A DNA stretch of 50,575 nucleotides from Octopus bimaculoides. Lineage: Eukaryota. The number at the start of each line of letters is the position of its first letter. The first letter of the stretch is position 1. Where the stretch lies: assembly GCF_001194135.2 (NCBI RefSeq), contig NC_068982.1, positions 119,765,038-119,815,612 of the forward strand, written 5' to 3'. The position numbers and the translations under genes are program-made. Of the stretch, positions 38,233 to 50,363 are shown in pieces. Below the pieces are notes generated by a model. The model was not told the DNA's origin. It worked only from the letters and a program-made list of their open reading frames with translations, and did no database searches.

Positions 38233-38912
38233 NNNNNNNNNNNNNNNNNNNNNNNNNNNNNNNNNNNNNNNNNNNNNNNNNNNNNNNNNNNNNNNNNNNN
38301 NNNNNNNNNNNNNNNNNNNNNNNNNNNNNNNNNNNNNNNNNNNNNNNNNNNNNNNNNNNNNNNNNNNNNNNNNNNNNNNNNNNNNNNNNNNNNNNNNNNN
38401 NNNNNNNNNNNNNNNNNNNNNNNNNNNNNNNNNNNNNNNNNNNNNNNNNNNNNNNNNNNNNNNNNNNNNNNNNNNNNNNNNNNNNNNNNNNNNNNNNNNN
38501 NNNNNNNNNNNNNNNNNNNNNNNNNNNNNNNNNNNNNNNNNNNNNNNNNNNNNNNNNNNNNNNNNNNNNNNNNNNNNNNNNNNNNNNNNNNNNNNNNNNN
38601 NNNNNNNNNNNNNNNNNNNNNNNNNNNNNNNNNNNNNNNNNNNNNNNNNNNNNNNNNNNNNNNNNNNNNNNNNNATGTATGTATCTGTATATGTGTGTAT
38701 GTCAGTGTTTGCCCCCCCCTAACATCGCTTGGCAACCGATGTTGGTGTGTTTACGCCCCCGCAACTTAGTGGTTCGGCATAATAGACCGATAGAATAAGT
38801 ACTATTATACAAAGAATAAGTCCTGGGGTCGATTTTGTCGACTAAAGGTGGTGCTCCAACATGGCCACAGTCAAATGACTGAAACAAGTAAAAGAGTAAA
38901 AAGTAAAGAGTA
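37768..38912 (+). mobile_element. Second tRNA-derived SINE family, split: head 37768-37930, tail 38700-38912, with internal microsatellite, insert and gap
   Basis: A box tggctgtgtgg (37778-37788), B-box-like ggtttcagtccc, and a tail ending gtcaaatgactgaaacaagtaaaagagtaaaaagtaaagagta with short terminal repeats. That both halves belong to one copy is inferred across the gap. Confidence 0.75.
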
Positions 38913-38964
38913 TCGGAGAAACCAGACGTGATCAGTGTGGGTGTGTGTGTGTGTGTGTGTGTTT

Positions 38965-39690
38965 CCAATAGCGAATACGGAGCTATGTGAATTATACTCC
39001 ATTCGGCGTTGGGGAAAACATTCTAATGTTTACGGAGCCTCCATATAGAGCAAGACATGGAGGTGGAGTTTTTCCTGTCCCTGTACCTGAAGGCGTGTGA
39101 ATATGCTGTGTATACCTCCCCTTGAAATCATTGGAAGCCATACCCGTGTTTTCTCTTGTAATGCTACTGGATGGTGCGAGGATGATTCTATAGGCCACAG
39201 CCCTTGAGAAGTACGTTCTCCCCAGTGGACGGTGGTTAGCATATCGGAAGGGTACATGTTGGAGTATGTATTGGAGGTTGAGTAGGTGTGTGCCAGTGTA
39301 TGTTGTAATGTACATTATCTAAGCGGGAGTAACTGAACTTGACGTTGTGCGAGTTGTAAACGTTTATAATACATAATGGGCTGTAGAGAAATGTGTGTTT
39401 TTTTTCCTTTTAACATCTAGAAGTCTTTATGCTACACCGGTTGAAACTTCTAAGTTAAATGTAGGATTCAACCATGTTATGTTTCTCTTTCTAGCTCTCC
39501 TCTGCTTGGAGGTGGGGTGGTGTGGGCTGGGTATCCTAAATGTATACTAACTTCTGACTGAATCCATTCCTCGCTAGCCCTGTTGAAGATATTTCTATCT
39601 CCAAATAGTTAGATTCTTGTACTTAAGTTTGTGACTAGGTTTCTGATTTTAGCTGTGTTTAGGTTTAACTATTTGAATGTGTTATAGTAA
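38965..39690 (-). mobile_element. Penelope-like element fragment (linker plus GIY-YIG), decayed
   Basis: NLVTNLSTRI..ITWLNPTFNLEVST..VKFSYS..TGMASNDFKGRYTQHIHTFRYRDRKNSTSMSCSIWRL..EWSII; same type as 11214 and 42235. Confidence 0.8.
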
Positions 39691-41221
39691 ATGACTGAAA
39701 ATGACAAAGATCAAAATTCTGAATATATCAGATACTGTTAATAAGTTTATCAATGATTTTATTAATGAGATGAAAAGGTATACATATTCAACCGTTATAC
39801 AGATTTATATCTGTCTCTTATGTGTAAAAGACACTGATGGCATATACAGCAATAAAATATGTATTAAAACGATTTACTGTCTATGTAAATAAAAGAAGAC
39901 TTAGTAATAGCAAAATGACGAGTCTATTCAAACTAAATAATCTTCTAGAATGAGAAGAAAGTGGTGTAAAATGAAATCTATTTGGAATTATTGTAGAATT
40001 TAATTACTTGAACTTCCTGAACATTTCTGTGAATATGAAACTAATTCTGGGTGTCAATTAAATACTGATACCCATAATTCTTAGGACGAAAGTAGAATTA
40101 AAGAATAGAATGCTAAATCTGTTAAAGATATGCTGACATAGAAGAAAATTATGGAATGTTGAATAAAATATTTTAGTATATTGTGGAAGTACGTATTCTT
40201 GTTTTTAAAAGATTAAGCGAAATCTGGATATTGTTTAAGTAGCGAGAATTTATATATGATTTTTAAATGTATATGAGGTTCAAAATTAATACATTTTGAA
40301 TGACAATTGTGATGACGCTATTAATTTGTGTAAGAGCTTTGTTCTGAGAAATGGCCTGCATGATTTCAATTTGTTACACATCACAATGGTCGTTACTCAC
40401 CAATCACAAATCAAATTAACATTTGGTACAAAATATTCGACCGACCATCTATGGATAGATAGAAATTGTGTACATCAAGCAGGTAACTCCTGTTTGTGTT
40501 ATTTCTTTTTGATCCATAAAACCTACATATCTGAAGAGATTTTATGTTAAGAAAAACAGTTCTAATACGAAAAATGGTGACGTAAAGTGAGAATTTATCA
40601 TCCAGTGGGCACTGGGAACGTATAAGTGTTTGCATCCAGCAAAGAACATATCTATGATTATGAATGGTGTCAAATTCAGTAGGCATAAATATATGTAGTA
40701 ACCTCGTGACGATGCAACATTGTTTTATGTCGCTGAGTTATTGTTTTTGGTAGAAAAATAGGGTCGATCTGACCAGCTTATAATATTGTAGGATATTTGT
40801 AAGAGACAGAATTATCAGGTATGCGAAGGAAAAACGAATACAAAGATTAAAATAAGTGACATATTCACATTGTTATTATTTAAATGCAAGATTAAAATTG
40901 ACTGCATGTTAATGTCTTATATTGCTAATTAACAGAAACTGTTCCCTTATGAAATGATTAATTGGTCCACATTGACATCGCACGCACAATTATGCAGATT
41001 GTTGCCAGAGTCCTGGTTTGTACACCCTATAATCAACTATAAGCTAATGATCCCTCTGTGAATAAAGAATGAAAATTGCTTCTCTACTGAGCAACCCGCA
41101 TGATTGAGAACACGTAAGAATTATAATAAAGTACAATTGTTCTCGTAATACCCGGACCGAGACTATAATCTAACGTTTATTTAAAAACTACTAACTTGCA
41201 ATGTGTGTGGGGGGTGCATAC

Positions 41222-41254
<33 letters not shown>

Positions 41255-41689
41255 TTCCTCAGTTTACATACTATCTAGGTCATATTCTTTTGTTGTCATT
41301 TTATTAGACATGTTTACGATTAGAAATGAAAACAGGAAGAGAAAATGAGAGAAAATGTGAAAAGAGTGAAAAAAAATAAAATTTGAAAGAAGTGAGAAAA
41401 GGATTGTTAGTTGGTGGTCAACATAATGTGAGAGGCAGATAGGTGAGGTGTGTGGGAGGGATAGGAAGAGAAGAGTGAATGTGAGATATGTGAGTAGGGG
41501 TGATAAGATAAAGCTACATTAAGGGATGGGTTGAGAAACGGTATGTGTGGGTTGATACCAAAATTAGTTGTAGTTTCAGTAGTAACATTTAAATTTAAAA
41601 AGAAATATGTCAAATTTCTATAAATCGATGTATGTGATTGTATAGGTTAGTGCCGTAGGTAGGAGGAAAGATGGTACAATGAGATGCAT

Positions 41690-41777
41690 ACGCGCACACT
41701 CGTATATACACATGTGCGCATATGGCTACGTACATACACACACATATATATATACATATACATACGCATATGCATAA

Positions 41778-41817
<40 letters not shown>

Positions 41818-42027
41818 GCATGCTCAAGCGTATCTGTAAATGTATTCATACACGCATATGCGTGCGCATACATATGCACGTACATGCACACGCACATACA
41901 TACGCGCAGGCGCACACACGCTTACACACAGTCATTCGCGTGCGCGCATACAGGAACATACGTATACAGATATGCAGATACACTCATTCATATATATTTG
42001 TATATACATATGCACGTACAGATACAT

Positions 42028-42121
<94 letters not shown>

Positions 42122-42215
42122 TTACATATACCCACGTACATATGCATACATGCACGAATATATATGCACATATATTTACACACACACTTGTATTCGCTTG
42201 CACGTCCATATATGT
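41690..42215. repeat. (TA)n/(CA)n/(TGCA)-rich compound microsatellite
   Basis: Direct reading. Confidence 0.92.
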
Positions 42216-42234
42216 AGTTTTAAATGACTGAGAT

Positions 42235-43835
42235 CCTTAAAGTAAGATAGGAGGGTTTAAAAATTAAAGATTAAAAATTAAAAATTAAAATGGAGATAAA
42301 GGAAAGTTAAGTAGGATTGTTGGGGATTACCTAAAGGGTGTTTTATTTATATGCTGTGTGGTTATTTTGGTTGCATTTAGATTTATGGTAAAATTTGAAG
42401 GTATGAAAAAAAAGCGGTGGTTGCATGTACTTAGGGGTTCATTATATTGATTTAGTAGTATCGAGGTGTTATGTTTTAATATGTGGAATCCCTCTTTTAG
42501 GCATAGCTTACAAGCTAAGCGCTGACATTGGTATGGAAGCCCTGCATCTATTGTGAACCATGACAAAATATAGGGAATATTTCTATTTTCTTGAGATGAG
42601 GTCTGTGACTGGCGAGTGCTGTATATTTACTGAGTTGATCGTATCTAAATGAATTGAGATGAGTGGCATATCTCTGTTTAAAATATATGGTTGATCGTTA
42701 ATAAATAGCTGTAGAATTGTGTAATGCGTTGAGGACAGTGCATTTATAAATTACGTTAGATCTTCTATCATGGATTTGTAGAGGGTAGATGGACCCAGGT
42801 TGGCAATTACAAGTGGGTGCTTTTAGGTGATTATTTTCGGGAATGAGATTGCTTAATATTGTCAGAAGAGAGGTTAGAGGCGGAGATAGAAAGCTCTAAG
42901 TTATTATTATTAGTATTACTATTATCGTTACCATTGCTATAATTGTTGTTAATTATTCTATGTGTAACGGTGGTGGAAGTTGTGGTAGTATTCTGGATAG
43001 TGTTAGTAGGATAGGTTGGGTTATGGTAGTGGTCAAACGTATGGGGTTCAATGCTGGAGCTGTGTATATATTGGCCGCTCATTTTTTCAAAGTTGTTATA
43101 GTGTGAGTTTGATAGTAGAGAGTAAGCTTTTTTGTTTACTCGAAATTGGGTGGGTGGTATAGGATAGCTTCAGGGTAGATCTATTAAATATAGAGTAATT
43201 TTTATGTTGATGAGGGAAGTTGGAGTCCAGTATATTAAAAGAAGGATTTAGCTAAGTTCTTAACGTTTAATGAGAAGTGGGTGTATACCGTAAAATAGAG
43301 CGTCTACCACATTTTGGGGGGTGCTTAGGGGTAGTGCTATCTATATTTTTTGGAAAATGGAGGTGGGTAGCATGGTCCGTTGTTAGCTGTTTTAGCTATT
43401 TTAGCTTTTGACGTAGTGTTATATATGTACGTGTGGGGTCTAGATTGTCTTAATGCAGGTTCTCCCAGGGTTCTAGGATGGTGTATGCGTGGTCTGTTGT
43501 GATTCAGATGGTTGGTGTGTCGTTGTGATGTGATTTGAGATATATATTGCTTGAGCCTAGTATAAGAGATATATTTTATTTGTTTGGAGAAGACGCTGGC
43601 AGAGAGCGCTTGGTTGTAATATGGTGCGTGGAAGAGAGGTCAGATATACGGATCGAGATACCTTTGACTATGTTATCTAAGGTGGATTTGTGGTGATTGG
43701 AATGAACGTTTAAGTATTGGTTAAGTTTGTGATAAAGGGAGTATTGGAAGGTATGTAAGTTTGAAGCTACGTTTAAAGTTAGTAGTTCTGTGAGAAGTTT
43801 CAAAAGTAATAGATAGGTTTAGTCCAGAGAAAAAT
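42235..43835 (-). mobile_element. Penelope-like element, 5'-truncated (RT thumb, linker, GIY-YIG, 3' UTR; the UTR may continue to about 41250)
   Basis: YSLYHKLNQYLNVHSNHHKSTLDNIVKGISIRISDLSS; RRSILRYTP..FNILDSNFPHQHK; TCNCQP..SNVIYKCTV..KQRYATHLNSFRY..WFTIDAGLPYQ..CKLCLKEGFHIL..EPLSTCNHR. Confidence 0.88.
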
Positions 43836-44130
43836 TTGTGCTCTCTCTTTCTTTCTCTTTCTTCCTCTCATTTTCTCTTCCTCTTTTCATTTTGACGTAC
43901 CTTCTCATTCTAATCATATATATCTCTCCACCCCCATCTACCCACAAATACTACGAATACATTCTCAAATTTTCATTCGCACCACAAGATACTTTCGAAT
44001 GAGCAACACGGAATCCACAGCTCCATACTTTGAAATGACTAAACATGAACAACTATTGAAACTTACATACCATGTACAGGAAACGTTTTTACCACTTCTA
44101 TACACCACCTTCCTCGAATATTGGAACTTC

Positions 44131-44463
44131 ACATTATTTACATTATTTACGTTTGACGGAATCTTCCGAGTTCGATTCCAGGCAGTAGCCTGAATAATAA
44201 TGATAATAATAATAACAATAATAATGATAATAATAATAACAATAATAATAATAATAATAATAATAATGATAACATCGAAAAATACCTTAGGAATTAGAGC
44301 CCGGTTCGAAATTTCCCCAAAACACCTGATGAAGGCTAGAAGGTATATCAGCCGAAGCGTTGTGTTAACAACGAAAAAGATAAGGACAAATATCCATCAA
44401 ATGTAAATAATGTAAATAATGTAAATAATGTACATAATTCCTCATCTCTTAAATATACAACTG
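44131..44463 (+). mobile_element. Non-autonomous element: inverted end copy + tRNA-like B box + (AAT)n + hammerhead + 3' tail
   Basis: 44131-44160 is the reverse complement of 44393-44422 (28 of 30 matches). B box gttcgattcc at 44170-44179, (AAT)n at 44193-44272, hammerhead at 44321-44366. Confidence 0.75.
44321..44366 (+). ncRNA. Minimal type I hammerhead motif (this copy has A15.1 to G)
   Basis: AACAC-CTGATGA-A-GGCT(12 nt)AGCC-GAAG-CGT-T-GTGTT. Stem I has 5 perfect pairs and the triplet is GTT. Confidence 0.75.
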
Positions 44464-46827
44464 AATGGAACTGCATCTACAATATCTTTATATATTTTAT
44501 ATTTTATTTCTACTATCAGCTGTAAGACTATATATATAGCTTTTCCCTATAAATGTCCTTTCGTCTAATATATATATATATGTGTGTGCGTGTGCGTATA
44601 AGTATATATATATATATACTTATATANNNNNNNNNNNNNNNNNNNNNNNNNNNNNNNNNNNNNNNNNNNNNNNNNNNNNNNNNNNNNNNNNNNNNNNNNN
44701 NNNNNNNNNNNNNNNNNNNNNNNNNNNNNNNNNNNNNNNNNNNNNNNNNNNNNNNNNNNNNNNNNNNNNNNNNNNNNNNNNNNNNNNNNNNNNNNNNNNN
44801 NNNNNNNNNNNNNNNNNNNNNNNNNNNNNNNNNNNNNNNNNNNNNNNNNNNNNNNNNNNNNNNNNNNNNNNNNNNNNNNNNNNNNNNNNNNNNNNNNNNN
44901 NNNNNNNNNNNNNNNNNNNNNNNNNNNNNNNNNNNNNNNNNNNNNNNNNNNNNNNNNNNNNNNNNNNNNNNNNNNNNNNNNNNNNNNNNNNNNNNNNNNN
45001 NNNNNNNNNNNNNNNNNNNNNNNNNNNNNNNNNNNNNNNNNNNNNNNNNNNNNNNNNNNNNNNNNNNNNNNNNNNNNNNNNNNNNNNNNNNNNNNNNNNN
45101 NNNNNNNNNNNNNNNNNNNNNNNNNNNNNNNNNNNNNNNNNNNNNNNNNNNNNNNNNNNNNNNNNNNNNNNNNNNNNNNNNNNNNNNNNNNNNNNNNNNN
45201 NNNNNNNNNNNNNNNNNNNNNNNNNNNNNNNNNNNNNNNNNNNNNNNNNNNNNNNNNNNNNNNNNNNNNNNNNNNNNNNNNNNNNNNNNNNNNNNNNNNN
45301 NNNNNNNNNNNNNNNNNNNNNNNNNNNNNNNNNNNNNNNNNNNNNNNNNNNNNNNNNNNNNNNNNNNNNNNNNNNNNNNNNNNNNNNNNNNNNNNNNNNN
45401 NNNNNNNNNNNNNNNNNNNNNNNNNNNNNNNNNNNNNNNNNNNNNNNNNNNNNNNNNNNNNNNNNNNNNNNNNNNNNNNNNNNATATATATACCTAGAAA
45501 TACAAATGAAGAAATAATTTCCTTGTGCATATATGACTCTTTTTGTGTGTAAATGTATATTATAATTGTTAATGTAATCTACCACACCATGTAAAAGAGT
45601 AACAAAAATTATTTATAGTCAAATATAATGATACAAAGAAAACATACAGTGTGTTGATATTGAACAATTTGTTGAGAGACACGAAATGCACAAAAGACTA
45701 ATCTCAGAGAGAGAGAGGGGGGGGCGAGAGTTCACACAATAGAACAGAAACGCTTTTTTTAATTGAGCAAATGTCGCTAACATACTTGGGTTACTATACA
45801 TTGTTTCCTGGAACGGAAGCGTCTAGCGTGATAAACAAACTTATACATACACACATATGCATACAGTATCTAATCACGATGACACGAAATACAAGAATTT
45901 GTGCGTGTGTATCTGTGCGAGTCCGTACGTTTGTGTGTCTATAAATATCTAGATATGCCTGTCTGTGTATACTAGTTGTACAACTGTGTATGGAGGAATA
46001 TATGCATGTGTGCAAGTGTGAGAGCGTACATTATGATACATATGAATGTGTACATGTAAGTGTATGCATGTGTGTATATGTTCGCGTACGTATATATGCA
46101 AGTATAGATGCATGTGCATGCGTATGATTCTACACTGACATATACGTACATATGTGTCTGTACAAAAGACAAAAGTTTGCTAATGTTTTGTATTGCACTG
46201 TACGTTTACTTTTGTGTTCATATTCATATGTACAGGGATGTGCACTAGTATGTGTGTATCACAAAACACACTCACCAACCGCATATGTGCATTTAGTGCA
46301 CACACTGTGAAACCACCTATAGTTGACGTATGTTTAACGTGACCTAAGACTCTTTGCGATCCGCTTCACTTTGATCATAAAGAGAACGCAACTTCGGCTA
46401 TTTATATATTGATTTAGAATAAGTACACATGTACTCCAGAAATACAACCAGAATGAAATCTATCATAGTTTATCGCAAAATCGTTAAACATTTCTCGTTC
46501 ATAATTTTAGCACAGGGATTGTGAAAATGTAGCATGACTTATTTTTTACGAATTTAACAAAATCCATTTCTATACACATTCACCTTACACAGCGAGTATT
46601 TTGTGTAAAGATTTCTAGAAAGTCTTATCATTATTTATAAATTATCTTCGAACTCTCTATTCTAAAACGGCTGACGACTTTCTATTCAGGGTGGCACATG
46701 TTTGCTCATCAATGATTCATTCTGGTTGAGCATCTACATGCTCATAGGACAAGTATTGCAAGACGCAAACAACTATAAAGGTGAAACGCGTGGGAAAACA
46801 TTATGAATTTGAGCTTATCATTATTTC

Positions 46828-46925
46828 TCAGATAGATAGATAGATAGATAGATAGATATGTGTTTATACATGCATGTATGAATGGATGGATGGATGGATG
46901 GATGGATGGATGGATGGATGGATGA
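46828..46925. repeat. (GATA)n and (GGAT)n microsatellites
   Basis: Direct reading. Confidence 0.92.
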
Positions 46926-46989
46926 ATGCATGCATGTATGTAAGTCGCTTCTCTATATAATCGATTAAATTCTTCCTCTCAACTAGGAG

Positions 46990-49045
46990 CTGGTCTCTAT
47001 CAATGATACAATGCTCCATCTTTGGAATGTAGATAAAAGCAATATCACATTTTTAAACCTGAGCAAAGTCTTGCATAGTATTACTGTTCCACTTACAGAT
47101 TGTATTTGCAAATGTGAGAATCATTTGGATGATTTCTTTTCCTAAATATCAATGCTTATTCAGACTGACATTTACTTACAAAACCAAATGCTCCAGTTAT
47201 TGTTAATATAAATGTAAATCTGTATATAGAAGCTGGAGGTTTCGAAGGAGTTGTTCATAGTTATCTTTCTCTCTGATTTTCAAGAAGGTATTCACATTAG
47301 TAGGACAGCTGACCTCTATGACACTGCAGGCTTTTTTTTTTGTCTGTCCCAAGCAACAATATCCAGCTTGTTAAGATTACAATTAACAGACCTTTTGATG
47401 GGAGTGTTCTACCGGTATTCCTTTTGCTGGTATTTATGTACGTATTCAACGACTGGGGGGTTTTCTATACTTATTCCAGGACAGTGTTTTTTGGGGTTTT
47501 TTTTTTTCAGAATAGCACTGTATACTATTTTTGTGACAACGTCGTATAGCGAGGTAGCAATTTGACGACATTTTGGGGCAGCTGCTAATCGCATGTGTGA
47601 TGTCTTCCACATAAATATAAAATAATCTAAAATTTCGGTTGCATTTTGGATCGCCAAAGGCTTCACTGTCTCTATTGTTTGGGTATTAGTAGTAATCTCT
47701 TGTTCTTGGATTACAAATGCAAATATTGGAAGTGTGATGTGATGTAGCGGTCACGAATCCTAGAGAAGCTTCGCTTCATGTCATTGTCACTCATTGTCGC
47801 TTCATGTCAGTGTCACGCTCTTCTTTACGTCTACCAGAAAAAATATCCATGCATCGTCTTGGTATGCTGAGTGTTTTACGTACAGGGCTTCATTCATGTA
47901 CGCTAATCCAGCTGATCTGGGGTTCTATGGGAGGTCATCAAGAAGTGAGTACTTTCCGAGGAGCTCACTTTTAACACGTAGAATATTCTCTTCACTTTTA
48001 AGCACTAAGTTAATGTCTTTATTTTTGGTGATGCTGTTTAGCATGTGCTGCCTGAGAGAGAGATTATGCGACATTCGAAGGCTGCCTGCACTGATTTCAA
48101 CTTCCTACCTCTTTTATCTCTTCTTAAGTAGAGCCTGTTGATATCATTATTTTTTTAGAGATTTCCAGTTGTTAGAGCTTTGCGGGTTTTAATATTTATG
48201 GAGAGGATTTCTTCTACAGACCAGTCAAGAATTCCAAATGTTGGATTCAGCACTGGTACTGCAAATGCATTATGGGAAAGTTCGGACTGCAATATATTTC
48301 TTAGATTGGTGTAATATTCGTGGCTCACACTGTCTTTATTCACAGTACCTTGATATGATATATTTTCATCAATGCCAAGATACTTGTAGCATTCTTTGTG
48401 AGATAGTAGAGAAAGTGAAACCATTTGTGTGGTCTAGTGTCTCAGAACTGATTTTCCCCATTCAACCATTAAGAACATTTCTTTTCGCGAAATTCTATCC
48501 GTATGTTGGCCGAACATTTTGTTGTTAACTTCAGTTATTTTTGGGGATTGTTAACATTTTTAGCATAAATCTTAATGTCATCTACGAAGAAATTATGGGT
48601 TACATTAACATCTTTCTTGTGTCTTTTTTTTTTTTTTTCGTAGCAAGAATGATAATGGCAGACAGACTATCTCCCTGAAATATTACCCTTTGAAATATTT
48701 ATGGTTTGCAGACGATCGTTCCACTCTCTGTTCTAAGTGTGAGGATTGGGGCTCAGTTCTTTGTGAGCCTCTCAATGGCAGCAATTAAGCTAGTAGTGGC
48801 ACTCTTGCCAAACAGCGACACTTCAGCAACCGTAAATGAAGAATAGCGTCGAATGCCATGCTGTCGTGAGGCTCCTACGGAGTTTTTGTTTTGTTTTTAC
48901 GTCAGACAGTACAGCTTTGTTTATCAGAAACTGTTCGGTACATGGTACATACTCACGCTCCCTTGTTTCCACCGATCTGCTCATCAGTCACTATGTGTTT
49001 AGACTCACAATGAACCTGGAGGAATTGTTGGGGCAGCTTGTTTGT
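46990..49045 (-). mobile_element. R4/Dong-clade LINE, 5'-truncated, with RT, CCHC region and RLE through to the ORF end
   Basis: IVTDEQIGG..CTEQFLINKAVLSDVK; FQGDSLSA; THNFFVDDIKIYAK (intact DD at about 48577-48582); CYKYLGIDENI..AFAVPVLNPTFGILDW; VIQEQEITT; LDIVAWDR..IEVSCP; LLRNLQLLY; SGTVILCKTLLRFK. Confidence 0.92.
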
Positions 49046-49120
49046 ATGTATTTTTGTATGTATGTATGTATGTATGTATGTAAACACACACGCAAAAACA
49101 CGTGCACATACATATACATA

Positions 49121-49343
49121 TGAAGGCGTGCTGAAAATTTTCTGGCTTTAGCTAAAATAAAAAAAAGAACAAGAAGATAAGTTTATTATGAATTTATTCA
49201 ATATATTCCTTTCTCAGATCCACACATTTATTGTAACGATCCTTCAATTTTTCTAAATTCTGTAAATGAACTCGGAGGGTTGCGCCACCAACCAGGCTTT
49301 TCCCGACACCCTTAAAACCAGGAACTTTTCAGCAACGCATCAT
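49121..49343 (-). mobile_element. Mariner-derived MITE (about 220 bp)
   Basis: TIRs tgaaggcgtgctgaaaattttctggcttta / taaaaccaggaacttttcagcaacgcatca, with TA flanks at 49119-49120 and 49345-49346. The minus strand retains the transposase C-terminus NKCVDLRKEYIE*. Confidence 0.85.
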
Positions 49344-50318
49344 GTATTCTTAAATACATACAGATATGTATTTGTGCATGTTTAGCATGCGTAAGCATGT
49401 ATATGATTACTTAATTATAAATAAATCGAAGGAAATTATGCATACTCAAATATATTAGTGCATATAATATGATTAGAAACAAAATTAAGAATTACGTCAG
49501 GATTCGTCAAATTTCAGTCTTCCCAACATGAAATATATGAGGTAAAATATAGTAAAGAGACTAAATTCATTGAAGCATTTCCAAAAATGTAAAAATGCAA
49601 ATGTAAAAATGCATTAAGTCAGTTGTATTGTATCCTCAAAACTATAAAGTAATTTTGAAGTTGAATAATTTTGCAATTTTAAGACATTGAAAAGTATTTG
49701 AATAATGTAATTATAGTAGAATTGTAAAATCTATTATTCATGGATTGGCTACATATAAGGATGATATATAAGATTTAATACAAAAAAAGTTTAAATATAC
49801 TCAAGTATGAATGTAAATCTTATGCAAACAAGCTAAATCAAACATCGAATAATAAACAAAATATAGATAGGAATACTAGGCGGAATGTTTGAATCGCAAC
49901 TTGAACTTCATGCCACTGTGATGTTCAAGCGTAAACTGATACAACTGGGAAATGATTGTGTATTTATATGCTTTTGTATGTGTGTTTCGGTAAGTGATGG
50001 TGTTTATTGATAGAAATGCAAATCCCGTTCTTTGTTTTTTTTTTTGTATGGGAATGAGAGTGTGCTACCATTTCTATTTCCAATACATATTTGTCTGTAG
50101 ACCACAATACGTTTGATACGTTTTTAAGGAAATGTGAGAATGTGTATGTATAGGCGTGTTTGATAATCTGGCTTTGATATATCTGCGTGTACTTCATGAA
50201 GTTTATTTGATATTTTGCCTAGTGTAAAAATATACGTGCAAGTAGGTAAAGTTGCGCTTATGAATGACGATAGCTATAAATGAAATTCAGAGCCAAACTA
50301 CTGACCTTCATCAGCTGT

Positions 50319-50363
50319 CGAACGCCGACGAAGGGAAATAACCCTGAAATCCGGATACGTTCG
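50319..50363 (+). ncRNA. Apparently intact minimal type I hammerhead ribozyme
   Basis: CGAACG-CCGACGA-AGGG(AAATAA)CCCT-GAA-ATCCGGAT-A-CGTTCG. Stem I has 6 perfect pairs, stem II 4 pairs, stem III is a perfect 8-nt palindrome, and the triplet is ATA (cut after 50357). Confidence 0.82.

Noticed and set aside
40296-40686. Overlapping 84- and 91-aa ORFs with a cag|gtaact donor-like site
   Set aside because: No recognisable domain and no clear acceptor; cannot support an exon.
41160-41275. Minus-strand CTGAGGA..TAAACGTT as a split hammerhead
   Set aside because: Stem I does not pair and G12 is absent.
48964-48990. Minus-strand CTGATGA-GCAGATCGGTG-GAAAC
   Set aside because: It lies inside the Dong RT coding sequence (TDEQIGG) and has no stem II pairing; coincidental.
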